From: Treponema sp.
GTDB taxonomy: Bacteria; Spirochaetota; Spirochaetia; Treponematales; Treponemataceae
Direction: 5' to 3'
NCBI GenBank assembly: GCA_018385315.1
Contig: JAHAZJ010000022.1
Coordinates: 5,850-69,849, forward strand
Length of the DNA stretch: 64,000 bases
The notes under the pieces were generated by a model. It worked only from the letters and a program-made list of their open reading frames with translations. It made no database searches and was not told the DNA's origin. The number at the start of each line of letters is the position of its first letter. Position 1 is the first letter of the stretch. The position numbers were made by a program, and so were the translations under genes. Positions 18,546-27,564 of the stretch are shown in pieces.

Positions 18546-21056
18546 CTATTCTAATAAATCTTCTTCTTCATCTTCTTTTATTGCAGGCTCATCATCATTT
18601 TCAAGATTTGCCAGAATTTCATTTATGTCAAATGGTTTATCATCAATTTCAATATCCCAAGTTAAACCTGACATAAGATTTTCATTATCAAGACGTTCCA
18701 GAAGAATAGCTTCAACCTCTGAATTATTATGAATTTTACAAGTCTTAGTTGGTTGAGTGCCAGCAAGGAACCACTGGGTTGTTCTACCTTCTGTACAGTT
18801 CTTTGTAATTAAATCACCACTAACAGAACAAACTGTCATCTGAACAACGCCATCTGCCGGCTGTTTCCAGTCTTTTGATGGAAGATCTGCATGAATCTGA
18901 CTAAAATATTCACCCCATGCATAACCTGCTAAAGTAGAACCAGTAATATTCAAACCAAGTGATTGACCTCGTTTATCAAATCCAAACCAGAAAGCAGCTG
19001 TATAATAAGGACTGAAACCTGCTGTCCATGCATCTGCCCAGTTTTGTGTTGTACCTGTTTTACCGGCAGAAGGTATTCTATATTTTACACCAGCTGGTGT
19101 AACGTAATCCAATCTCTTATCCTGAGCTGCAAGTGTACCACCACCATGTACTGTTTGTTCAAGCATTTTTGTCATAACAAATGCGGTTTGTGGTGAAATA
19201 ACCTGTACTTTGTCCCCTTTTGCAGCCTGGGCATCTTTAATATCTTTTTCTGGATTTAAGAATGTTTCTCCATTTCTGTCTTGAACATTTCTGATTGCAA
19301 TTGGTGTAACTTCTTTACCACCATTTGCAAATACAGCAAAGGCTCTTGCCAATTCAATAGGTTTAACAGAACAAACCCCAAGACCAATTGGATATCCTGG
19401 TGTAAATCCACGGTTTGCAACTTCATTTTCTGGTATACCAAGTAAGTCTATTGCTCTATTAATAGCGGCATCAAAGCCAATTCCGTCAAGAACTTTGATA
19501 GAAGGAACGTTCAAAGAGTGAATAAGTGCATAATATACACAAACATTACCCATCCACTCACCGCGGAAGTTTAATGGAATATAATCTTTGCCATCAGCTG
19601 TTTTGAAAACAACTGGAGTATCAGAAATCAAAGTTGTTGGAGTGAATTTTTTACTGTCAATTGCTGCTGAGTAGTAAAGAGGTTTGAAAGAAGATCCTGG
19701 CTGCAATGTTGACTGTGTTGCACGAATAAACTGGTTTTCAGCATCATATTTACTACCACCTACTAAGGCGTTTATATAGCCAGTTTCGTTTTCAATAGAA
19801 ATCATTGTTCCTTCAACAGTAGTTCTTTCTTCCTGCTCTTTAAGAAGTTCTGTACCACGATTTGAAACTGTAAGCTTTGTTGTATCACAGCCACCAAGCA
19901 TTGCAATTAAATCAATTACAGGGTTTACTTCAGAAATATATTTTGAACATGCCTGATTAAAGCTTCGCTGTCTACCTAGGTTTAGTCCTGGAATACCAAA
20001 AAGTCCTGCAATAAGTTCTGCCATTGGTATATAAGTTGAATATGCCTGCCTTGTTTTTGAACTGTGTTCAAGTTTATAACGACGGTTACCTTCAGCAATC
20101 CATTTTGTCATTACCTCTTCAGCAACCTGTTGATGGGCAAGGTTTACTGTTGTATTAACTGTAAATCCACTTGTGTTAATATCATCAGAACCATAAATCA
20201 TATTTGAAAGTTCACGACGAACGTATTCACTAAACCATGGAGCTTTATCTTCTCGCATGTAATATACTGATTGAGAGGTACGTGTAAAGTCAAATGTAGA
20301 CCAATAATCGTCATAAGAGGAATCAGCTTCTGCCTGTGTAATATAACCAGATTTAACCATGGCATCTAACACATCCTTTTGTCTTGCCATAGCCCGATCA
20401 GGATGGTCAAATGGATTATAGAAGGCTGGGTTCGAAAGCTGAATTACAAGAATACCAGCTTCTGCAGGTGTGATTTCTGATGAATCGTGTCCAAAATAAT
20501 ATTTTGAGGCAGCACTTACACCATAAGTACCACCACCAAAATAGATTTTGTTTAAGTAAGATTCAAGAATTTCCGTTTTTGTATAGCGGCGTTCCATTTG
20601 AATAGCCCACCATAATTCTTTAATCTTACGTTTAATAGACATTTCCCTACGATCACAGTAAAGAGTACCAGCAATCTGTTGTGTAAGTGTTGAACCTCCA
20701 CCTAAATCCTGATTCAAAATTTTACCTGCAAAAGCACGGAAAATTGCTTTAAATGTGAATCCATTATGAGAAAAGAAAACTCTGTCTTCACGAGTAATAA
20801 GAGCATCAACAAGATTCTGAGGTAAATCCTGAAATTCTATAATGTCCCGTTTTTCATCAGATGCAAATTCAGTAATGATTTCGCCATTAATATCAAGAAG
20901 TTTTGTTGATAAAGCAGATGTAAATTCTGTAAAGTATTCTGTGTTTTCAATATTTTGAGTTTCAGCTAAAAGAAAACCTAAACTGGAACCAAATATAATT
21001 GCGGCTAGAAATAATACTGAAAGATGAAATACACCTGAAATCTTAATTTTTCTCAT
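18546..21056 (-). CDS. bifunctional penicillin-binding protein 1A (glycosyltransferase GT51 + transpeptidase)
   Basis: N-terminal TM anchor. GT51 motifs EDRVFFSHNGF, GGSTLTQQ, RKIKE. Transpeptidase motifs SSFKP (SxxK), SLN (SxN), KTGTT. Confidence 0.95.
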   Translation of the reverse strand: MRKIKISGVFHLSVLFLAAIIFGSSLGFLLAETQNIENTEYFTEFTSALSTKLLDINGEIITEFASDEKRDIIEFQDLPQNLVDALITREDRVFFSHNGFTFKAIFRAFAGKILNQDLGGGSTLTQQIAGTLYCDRREMSIKRKIKELWWAIQMERRYTKTEILESYLNKIYFGGGTYGVSAASKYYFGHDSSEITPAEAGILVIQLSNPAFYNPFDHPDRAMARQKDVLDAMVKSGYITQAEADSSYDDYWSTFDFTRTSQSVYYMREDKAPWFSEYVRRELSNMIYGSDDINTSGFTVNTTVNLAHQQVAEEVMTKWIAEGNRRYKLEHSSKTRQAYSTYIPMAELIAGLFGIPGLNLGRQRSFNQACSKYISEVNPVIDLIAMLGGCDTTKLTVSNRGTELLKEQEERTTVEGTMISIENETGYINALVGGSKYDAENQFIRATQSTLQPGSSFKPLYYSAAIDSKKFTPTTLISDTPVVFKTADGKDYIPLNFRGEWMGNVCVYYALIHSLNVPSIKVLDGIGFDAAINRAIDLLGIPENEVANRGFTPGYPIGLGVCSVKPIELARAFAVFANGGKEVTPIAIRNVQDRNGETFLNPEKDIKDAQAAKGDKVQVISPQTAFVMTKMLEQTVHGGGTLAAQDKRLDYVTPAGVKYRIPSAGKTGTTQNWADAWTAGFSPYYTAAFWFGFDKRGQSLGLNITGSTLAGYAWGEYFSQIHADLPSKDWKQPADGVVQMTVCSVSGDLITKNCTEGRTTQWFLAGTQPTKTCKIHNNSEVEAILLERLDNENLMSGLTWDIEIDDKPFDINEILANLENDDEPAIKEDEEEDLLE

Positions 21057-21064
21057 AATGTTCT

Positions 21065-21093
21065 ATTATACTCTTTAAAAGGAAGTAACTCAA
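21065..21093 (-). promoter_or_regulatory. candidate promoter of PBP1A (TTGAGT-17-TATAAT, 8 nt before ATG)
   Basis: Minus strand reads TTGAGT (21093-21088), 17-nt spacer, TATAAT (21070-21065), then AGAACATT and ATG 21056. No SD between -10 and ATG. Confidence 0.35.
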
Positions 21094-21109
21094 GTAGTGA
21101 AAAAAGGGC

Positions 21110-21138
21110 AAAAAAAAAGGCACGGTTTATACCGTGCC
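21110..21138 (-). terminator. rho-independent terminator (minus strand)
   Basis: Minus strand reads GGCACGG-TATAAA-CCGTGCC followed by T8-9. Confidence 0.65.
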
Positions 21139-21214
21139 ATGCCCATCAGGCAATCGGGAGCATGGGTGGGAGGGGAAAATGCCCCCGATATATTTATTAT
21201 CGTCATTACCCCCC
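21110..21214 (-). ncRNA. candidate structured RNA (sRNA, 3'UTR element or cis-regulator) ending in the terminator above
   Basis: A locally GC-rich ~100-nt patch in AT-rich DNA with several mutually exclusive pairings: ATCGGG/CCCGAT, CCATGC/GCATGG, GGGG/CCCC, and G6 with C-rich runs. Class unknown. Confidence 0.3.
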
Positions 21215-21253
21215 AAAAACTTTAATCACTAAATAAAAAAATTTTAAACTTTT

Positions 21254-22243
21254 TTATTCTTCTTGAATCTGGAAGTCAATTGCAATATTTGCCTTATAAC
21301 TTTTACCTTTGATAACATTGAAAGATCTTATAACCTCATAATCTCCTACAGAAAATCTTAATTTGTGTTTTCCTTCAGAAATAATAAATTCTTTTCCTAT
21401 GGTATGACACACTTCATCATCAATATAAATTTTAACACCTCCAGGAGCAATTACGAGAAGGGTAGGTTCAATACTTTTCATGGTAATGGAAATATCAGTT
21501 TGTTTTGCCTGATCAATTCTGATTTTTCTTACTTCGGTTCTGTAATATTCAGAAATTACGGAAATACTATGAATTCCACTATCAAGTAAAATACCATTGT
21601 TTATTGTATTCATGTTATAAGCATAGTCATCAATGTAAATGGCACAAGATTCTAAATTATCATCCGGACAAATCAGCTTTATATTAAGTTTGCCTTTATT
21701 CGAAAGAATTGGCTTTATTGTAACCGTGATTCTGCTATCTTCTAATTCTGGTGGCAAAACAGGAAGCAACTGTCTTAGCTTAATGAACAGATAATTTTCT
21801 TTTAAGTCAGGGATTTGACCAATTTTTGTTGTATATAGATTTGATTTAAGATTGTTATTTTGAGAAAAAGGGATTTGAACTATCCATGATAATTTACCAG
21901 GAATTACTCCTCGAAAAATTCTGTTTCCAGAATAATCAATTTGATCTGATTTGGGGGCAGGTTGAACACTGTCATAAATTGAAAATTCGCAGCAGGATTT
22001 TTGAAGTGCAATTTCTTCTGGAATTTCAAATCTAACTTCCAGTCCATCTATATACTCCATAGAATCTGGTAAAAAAATTGCAACGCTGTCATTTAGAGAT
22101 AGAACTTCAGTTTTAGTAAAATCAGAATCCTCTGAAACATTTACGGTAAATAATTTTGCGATTCTAAAATTTTCGGCGAATACTAATGTTGAAAAAGAAA
22201 ACACAAAACTAATGATAAGCTTCTTTAGTTTTTGTTTAAGCAT
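21254..22243 (-). CDS. secreted protein with C-terminal PEGA-like domains
   Basis: Signal peptide MLKQKLKKLIISFVFSFSTLVFA. The C-terminal APGGVKIYIDDEVCHTIGKEFIISEGKHKLRFSVGDYE resembles the PEGA repeat. Confidence 0.6.
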   Translation of the reverse strand: MLKQKLKKLIISFVFSFSTLVFAENFRIAKLFTVNVSEDSDFTKTEVLSLNDSVAIFLPDSMEYIDGLEVRFEIPEEIALQKSCCEFSIYDSVQPAPKSDQIDYSGNRIFRGVIPGKLSWIVQIPFSQNNNLKSNLYTTKIGQIPDLKENYLFIKLRQLLPVLPPELEDSRITVTIKPILSNKGKLNIKLICPDDNLESCAIYIDDYAYNMNTINNGILLDSGIHSISVISEYYRTEVRKIRIDQAKQTDISITMKSIEPTLLVIAPGGVKIYIDDEVCHTIGKEFIISEGKHKLRFSVGDYEVIRSFNVIKGKSYKANIAIDFQIQEE

Positions 22244-22274
22244 TTTTTTTTCCTGTTTTTTTATTAAACTTTAT

Positions 22275-23237
22275 TTATTTTAATTTTAATTTAGTTTCAG
22301 GATTTACCGCAACTCCACCTTGTTTTATTTCAAAGTGAAGATGGGGACCTGTTGCAGCACCAGTCTGGCCTACATATCCAATTATATCACCTTTTTTTAC
22401 AACTTGGTCTTTTTCTACAACAATTTTTGATAAATGTGCATAAACGCTTGTCATTTTTCCCCTGTCGTGGGAAAGAATAATATAATTTCCAAATGTAGGA
22501 TCCATATTAACACATACAGCAACTCCACCATCTTTTACCGCATAAACAGGAGTTCCAACATTTGCCGCTAAATCTATACCGTTATGATTTTTCCATTCTC
22601 CAGAGAAGGGGTTTTTTCTTCTTCCAAAATCGGAAGAAATCCAGAATTTATCTTTATCAATTGGAAGACGCAAACTGGAATCTAAAAAATAGGCTCGTTC
22701 TGTTGGGGAAAATTTTTGATTTGGAATAAAGAAAAATTGTTTCCCTTCAATATCATACAAAATGTTTTTTGTGGTTATTTTTGAAAAATATGATTCTCGT
22801 AGTAAAATCTCAAGGGAACTTTCCCCTTTGTTTTTATTTATAAATAAACCTGGGCAGGTGGGTAAAATAATAGTTTTGCCTTTTAATTTTTCCTCAGATG
22901 TTTCAATTCCATTTATTGATGCAATAGTATCATAAGTAATGTTACATCTGGAAGCTAGTTGGAATAAAGTTGTATCATCTGTAACTGTGTACTTAAAAAA
23001 CAAGACTTCTGGTGACTGATTTTTTGCCAGATTTTTATAATTGTCATCAACAACAAAAGAATATTCCTTAAAAATACCATCTTTTGATGCTAAATCTGGA
23101 ATCTGGGGCATTCGTTTTTTTGAAATTTTTACACAAATAAAATCATCTTTTGCATTGTTTTCAGTTTGAGCAAAGAATAGAGAACAAAAAGAGAAAAATA
23201 TTAAAATTTGAAAAAGTAGCTTTATATTTTTTTTCAT
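22275..23237 (-). CDS. LysM-domain M23 family metalloendopeptidase
   Basis: Signal peptide. LysM-like YTVTDDTTLFQLASRCNITYDTIASING. M23 motifs HNGIDLAANVGTPVYA and GPHLHFEI. Confidence 0.9.
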   Translation of the reverse strand: MKKNIKLLFQILIFFSFCSLFFAQTENNAKDDFICVKISKKRMPQIPDLASKDGIFKEYSFVVDDNYKNLAKNQSPEVLFFKYTVTDDTTLFQLASRCNITYDTIASINGIETSEEKLKGKTIILPTCPGLFINKNKGESSLEILLRESYFSKITTKNILYDIEGKQFFFIPNQKFSPTERAYFLDSSLRLPIDKDKFWISSDFGRRKNPFSGEWKNHNGIDLAANVGTPVYAVKDGGVAVCVNMDPTFGNYIILSHDRGKMTSVYAHLSKIVVEKDQVVKKGDIIGYVGQTGAATGPHLHFEIKQGGVAVNPETKLKLK

Positions 23238-23605
23238 TTAAATATCTTATTTAGAAATAAATTTAATGAGATAAGAAGTCCCATTGCAATAAATAAAACA
23301 ACCAATGCTATAAAACGTTTCCCAAATATCAAAAAATATATACTAAAAGAAAGTCCTGCAATTATTATCAGAAAAAATAAAATAAACTTAATGTTTTTCT
23401 TTAATGGTGTTTTTTTGATTTTTCGTATTATCAGATATAAACATCCAGAGGCAATTAAAATAAGACAAAGAATTGTATATATAGAAGAAGCAACTGTGGC
23501 AAATTTCCACAGTGGCCAAACTAAAAGAAAAGAGAGAAGTACACAAAAAAGGGTTATGAGTAAAATAATAAAAAATTGTGATGAGTTTTTGTTATTTTGT
23601 TTCAT
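23234..23605 (-). CDS. small integral membrane protein (4 predicted TM helices)
   Basis: Hydrophobic throughout. Its stop overlaps the M23 peptidase start by 4 nt (ATGA). Confidence 0.5.
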   Translation of the reverse strand: MKQNNKNSSQFFIILLITLFCVLLSFLLVWPLWKFATVASSIYTILCLILIASGCLYLIIRKIKKTPLKKNIKFILFFLIIIAGLSFSIYFLIFGKRFIALVVLFIAMGLLISLNLFLNKIFK

Positions 23606-23638
23606 TTAGTTTATTAAAATTATGGACTTTTTCTAAAT

Positions 23639-23670
23639 AAAAAAAGGGCATCTTTTTTAAGATTGCCCTT
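23639..23670 (-). terminator. rho-independent terminator after ferredoxin
   Basis: Minus strand reads AAGGGCAATC-loop-GATGCCCTT followed by T7. One bulged base in the stem. Confidence 0.6.
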
Positions 23671-23692
23671 TACTTTTTTGAATAATTATAAA

Positions 23693-23863
23693 TTATTCTT
23701 CTACGATAGCTTCTGCTGGACAAGATGCTGCACAAGCACCGCAACTGATACATTTTCCAGAATCAATAGTACGAGCGTCAGCAGCTTCTGAGATTGCTCC
23801 AACTGGACAATCTGGTTCACAAGCTCCACAGTTTACACACTGATCAGTAATTTTAAAAGCCAT
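23693..23863 (-). CDS. 2x[4Fe-4S] clostridial-type ferredoxin (56 aa; absent from the ORF track, below its size cutoff)
   Basis: Hand translation gives MAFKITDQCVNCGACEPDCPVGAISEAADARTIDSGKCISCGACAASCPAEAIVEE, with two CxxCxxCxxxCP motifs. SD GGAGA is 6 nt upstream and a terminator lies downstream. Confidence 0.85.
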   Translation of the reverse strand: MAFKITDQCVNCGACEPDCPVGAISEAADARTIDSGKCISCGACAASCPAEAIVEE

Positions 23864-23970
23864 ATTTGTCTCCTATAACATATAAGGATTTATATTTTGA
23901 TTTTATATTATATAAATAAAAACCGCAATAATAATAACGGTATTCCATTTTATTTTTTTTAAGTTTTTTC

Positions 23971-23999
23971 TTTTCAAAATAATGTACCTTTAATATAAT
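23971..23999 (+). promoter_or_regulatory. candidate promoter of deoC (TTTTCA-17-TATAAT, 6 nt before ATG)
   Basis: TATAAT at 23994-23999 is followed by GAAAAT and ATG 24006. No SD. Confidence 0.3.
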
Positions 24000-24005
24000 G
24001 AAAAT

Positions 24006-24719
24006 ATGACTAAAAAAGAAATAGCATCATATATTGATCATACAATACTTGCCCCTGATGCTGGTGTAAAAGAAGTATTAAGTGTTTGTAATGAAGCAAA
24101 AAAATATGGTTTTGCCTCTGTTTGTGTTAATCCCGTTAATGTTCCAGTTGCAGCCTGTGAATTAAATGATTCGCCTGTAAAGGTTTGTACAGTTGTAGGA
24201 TTTCCCCTTGGTGCAACAACAACTGAGGTTAAAATTGCAGAAGCTGTAAATGCAATAGAAAATGGTGCTTCTGAAATTGATATGGTTATTAATATTGGTG
24301 CTGCAAAAGAAGGCAGAATTTCTGCAGTTAGTAGTGATATTATTGGTGTTGTTGAAGCATGTAGAAAAGCAGGAAACAAGGCCAAGAGAAAGATTATTGT
24401 AAAAGTTATTCTTGAAACTTGTCTTTTAGATGATTCTACAATTAAAGATTGCTGTTTATGTGCAAAAAAAGCGGGTGCAGATTTTGTAAAGACATCAACC
24501 GGATTTGCAACTTTAAAAAGCGGGGACGGAAGACTTCTGCCAAATGGTGCCAGTGAACATCATGTAAAATTAATGAGAGAAACTGTTGGTCCTGATATGG
24601 GAGTAAAAGCTTCTGGTGGAATCCGGTCAGCAAAAATGGTTATGGCAATGATAGAGGCTGGTGCAAATAGAATTGGAACTTCTAGTGGAGTAAGAGTTTT
24701 AGAAAACTGGGAAGAATGA
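24006..24719 (+). CDS. deoC: deoxyribose-phosphate aldolase
   Basis: IDHTIL, ASVCVNP, KVILET and the Schiff-base region [10 protein letters not shown] are typical DeoC blocks. Confidence 0.9.
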   Translation: MTKKEIASYIDHTILAPDAGVKEVLSVCNEAKKYGFASVCVNPVNVPVAACELNDSPVKVCTVVGFPLGATTTEVKIAEAVNAIENGASEIDMVINIGAAKEGRISAVSSDIIGVVEACRKAGNKAKRKIIVKVILETCLLDDSTIKDCCLCAKKAGADFVKTSTGFATLKSGDGRLLPNGASEHHVKLMRETVGPDMGVKASGGIRSAKMVMAMIEAGANRIGTSSGVRVLENWEE

Positions 24720-24762
24720 TAATAAAGTTTGTATTGGGGGGGTAGTACAACCCCTAAAAAAA

Positions 24763-24807
24763 AATGCCTGTCAGATATATTTTAGCTTATCTGACAGGCA
24801 TTTTTTT
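24763..24807. terminator. bidirectional rho-independent terminator between convergent deoC and greA
   Basis: ATGCCTGTCAGAT-12 nt-ATCTGACAGGCAT flanked by A9 on the left and T7 on the right. Confidence 0.8.
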
Positions 24808-24822
24808 TATGCAGAAATTAAA

Positions 24823-27519
24823 TTAAATAGATGCCTTTTTAATTTCTTTTACAACATAGTTGTATTGATTGTCGTTTACAGTGAAAGAACATTTTTCACC
24901 AAGTTTTTTGTCCATAAGAGCATCACCAAATGGAGACATGTATGAAATTACATTGTTATCAGGATCTGATTCCCATGGTCCAAGAATTGTATAAACTTCA
25001 TCTTTCTTAGTATCAAGATTTTCCAATGTAACCACTGTAGCAAAGGAAATCATTGCTGTTGTAACTGTAGTTGGGTCAAATACAACTGCACGGTTAAGTT
25101 CCTGATTAAGCTGGGCAAGCTTGAGACCAAGGAAGTGCTGCTGTTCCTTAGCAGATTTGTATTCCTGGTTTTCTTTCAAGTCTCCCTTAGCCTTAGCATC
25201 GGCAACTTCTGCCGCATTCTTTGGAATCTGAACATTCTGAATATCTTCAAGTTCAGCCTTCTTTTCAACAAGCTTTTTGGCTGTTACAATCATGCCCTTT
25301 GGCTGCTGAGATTTTTCTTCAGATACACGGAACTTAAAGTCTGGGTATTTTTCAAGAATTTTGTTACGAGTCTGAGCTTTATATGTTGGATCAATACCTG
25401 CATTATCATCAATAAGTGTATAAATCTTCTTAACTGTATTTTCATCATTGCTAAACATATATTCAAAAATTGAATCTTTAGCAAAGAGGAGAGTAGAAGC
25501 ATTATTAATGATTTTCTTGTTTTCTGTAGAATTAACATGGTTGTTAATTTCACGGTTAGCAAGTTCAATAATGTTAATAAGAGCTATAAACTGTTTTTCG
25601 TAAGGAACGCCTGCTTCTTTGAACCAATCTTTGTCCTGACATTCTTTAAAGAAGAACAATACTGGTTCTCTATAATCCTTGAAAGATTCGAAGCTTGTTC
25701 TAATAAGCTGCTGAACATCCTTTGTATAACCGTTATTAATAAGTTCATTTAACAAAGTCATGTCCAAAACAGTTGGGAACATACGAATGTACTGAACATT
25801 CCAATCTGGAAGCTGCTTAATAGCTTTAAGGAAGTCAGATTTTAATGATGTATTTTTTGTATCTTTCAAAAGATTGTATGTTTCTCTAGGATCTTCAAGA
25901 CGAGAATAAAGTTCTGCAAAAGTCTTGTTGATTGGGAAAGCAAACTGTTTGTCAATTGCAGTCATAGTTTTTACAACCAGGTAAGATGCAATAACCTGTT
26001 CGTTTACTTTTGAAATATTCTTTAAGAAACCTGTAAAGTAAGAGTACATTTCTGCAAATGCTTCACTTGTTTTATCAGTTTCATCGTTATTTACGAACTT
26101 CATGAGAATATCAATTCTTGCAAAGAACTGTTTCTGTGCTTTAAATTCATTACAGAGCTTGTCTTCTGCACTAATTTCGTTTTCACGAACCATGTAGAAG
26201 TTAATATCGTTAGGATTTACACCAAAAGTTGAATCTGAATCAAGAATTTTCTTTGCGGCACTATTCCAAGATGTCCATTCACCTGGAGTAAGAATTGAAG
26301 GAACAAGTTCTGCTTTAATGCGTTTGAAATCACAGTTGTTATCAAAGCTCTTGATGATTGTCTTAAGTGTCCAAATTTTATCTGATTTAACTTTTTTAGC
26401 AAGTTCATCTTTCTTCATTTTAGCTTTAAGAACCCAGAAGTGATCTTTTGCCAATGGTTTAAGAGCAGAAACTGCCATTTTTAATGACATTGTACGGATT
26501 CCTGTCACTTTTCCAAAGTTGATAGTAAGAGTGTCGTTTTCAAGCTTTTGAATAATACCAATACCCCAGCTTCTGTGGAAAATAAAACTGCCTTTATCAA
26601 AAGCAATGTGTTTTTCAAAGTCATTAATTGCTTCAAATACATTTCTGTAACTTGCAGCAAGATTTGAATTGCGGATGTAATCATCAAGATGACTGTGTCC
26701 TGCATATTTGTTTTTATAACAGTTTGTAATTTCTTTTCGTGCCCATGTATCTTTTGGTTCAATTTCAAGATTCTGTTTAAGAATATCAATTGCGATATCC
26801 CATTTTTCATTATCTTTGTACCAGTTGTAAAGCTCCTGCATAAGAGGTGTTGTTTTATAATCACCGAATACTTTTGCAATTTTTCGTTTTAAAAGCTGGA
26901 AGAATTCAATATCTTCTGGAATGAGAAGTGTAAGCTTTGACCAGATTTCTTTACAAGCATTGTAATTGCCGGCATTTGTGTAACGGAGAGCTGCTTTTTT
27001 AAAATATTCTTTTGCCAGTTCTGCATCACCAGTTGCTTCGTAATGTTCTGCCAATGCTTTTGCCAGGTCTGCTTCAGAAAGGTCAATTTTTACAAGCTTT
27101 GCATAAAGTTCCCAAACTTTATCATTGTTTTCTGCAAGATAGCAGTCTGCAAGAGTTCTTAATGCAAATTTATTATTTGGTTCATCAGCAAGAATTGTTT
27201 CACAAAGGTAATTTACAATTGCTTCCTTGTGATTTTTCTGGAAAATATCAACAAGAATTTCAAGAGAAGAGTTATCAAGTTCACCCTGAAGAAGTGAAAG
27301 CATACCTGAAAGATACAAAGCAATAATGCTGTCTTTTGAATGTTCAAGGTGTTCATTACTGATTTGAAGAATTTCTGCAACACAGTTTTCGCTGCGGGCT
27401 TTTTCAATAACAGCAGTCAATTCCTTTAAATTGTTCTGTGTGTAGTTGCTGATTGTTGCTCTGGTCCATGTTTCTTCTTTGAGCATGTCCTGTACAGACT
27501 GTACCAAGTTTTCTGACAT
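24823..27519 (-). CDS. greA: long spirochaete-type transcription elongation factor GreA (~740-aa N-terminal extension + GreA module)
   Basis: The C-terminal ~150 aa form a complete GreA: AKAKGDLKENQEYKSAKEQQHFL (acidic tip GDLxENxEY), then VTLENLDTKKDEVYTILGPWESDP...ISYMSPFGDALMDKKLGE. The N-terminal part is TPR-like plus a Tudor-like segment (see findings). Confidence 0.85.
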   Translation of the reverse strand: MSENLVQSVQDMLKEETWTRATISNYTQNNLKELTAVIEKARSENCVAEILQISNEHLEHSKDSIIALYLSGMLSLLQGELDNSSLEILVDIFQKNHKEAIVNYLCETILADEPNNKFALRTLADCYLAENNDKVWELYAKLVKIDLSEADLAKALAEHYEATGDAELAKEYFKKAALRYTNAGNYNACKEIWSKLTLLIPEDIEFFQLLKRKIAKVFGDYKTTPLMQELYNWYKDNEKWDIAIDILKQNLEIEPKDTWARKEITNCYKNKYAGHSHLDDYIRNSNLAASYRNVFEAINDFEKHIAFDKGSFIFHRSWGIGIIQKLENDTLTINFGKVTGIRTMSLKMAVSALKPLAKDHFWVLKAKMKKDELAKKVKSDKIWTLKTIIKSFDNNCDFKRIKAELVPSILTPGEWTSWNSAAKKILDSDSTFGVNPNDINFYMVRENEISAEDKLCNEFKAQKQFFARIDILMKFVNNDETDKTSEAFAEMYSYFTGFLKNISKVNEQVIASYLVVKTMTAIDKQFAFPINKTFAELYSRLEDPRETYNLLKDTKNTSLKSDFLKAIKQLPDWNVQYIRMFPTVLDMTLLNELINNGYTKDVQQLIRTSFESFKDYREPVLFFFKECQDKDWFKEAGVPYEKQFIALINIIELANREINNHVNSTENKKIINNASTLLFAKDSIFEYMFSNDENTVKKIYTLIDDNAGIDPTYKAQTRNKILEKYPDFKFRVSEEKSQQPKGMIVTAKKLVEKKAELEDIQNVQIPKNAAEVADAKAKGDLKENQEYKSAKEQQHFLGLKLAQLNQELNRAVVFDPTTVTTAMISFATVVTLENLDTKKDEVYTILGPWESDPDNNVISYMSPFGDALMDKKLGEKCSFTVNDNQYNYVVKEIKKASI

Positions 27520-27564
27520 AAAAATAACTCCTAAAAAATATATAAACTCTTTTCTTTCGATTCA

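Noticed and set aside
21110-21214. Reading the GC-rich element as SRP (4.5S) RNA on the plus strand, or as a c-di-AMP (ydaO) or fluoride riboswitch
   Set aside because: The plus strand has a CAGG...GGAGCA arrangement faintly like SRP helix 8, but no GNRA tetraloop and no terminator in that orientation. The conserved ydaO (GGUGAAUC, ACGGGG) and crcB cores are absent. It is kept only as an unclassified structured element.
24038-24385. 115-aa antisense ORF inside deoC
   Set aside because: It lies opposite a well-supported DeoC coding frame and is Ala/Thr/Ser-rich mirror-frame sequence.
25135-27407. Multiple 60-124-aa ORFs on both strands inside greA
   Set aside because: All are nested in the 898-aa GreA frame, which ends in an unmistakable GreA domain. 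None has independent support.
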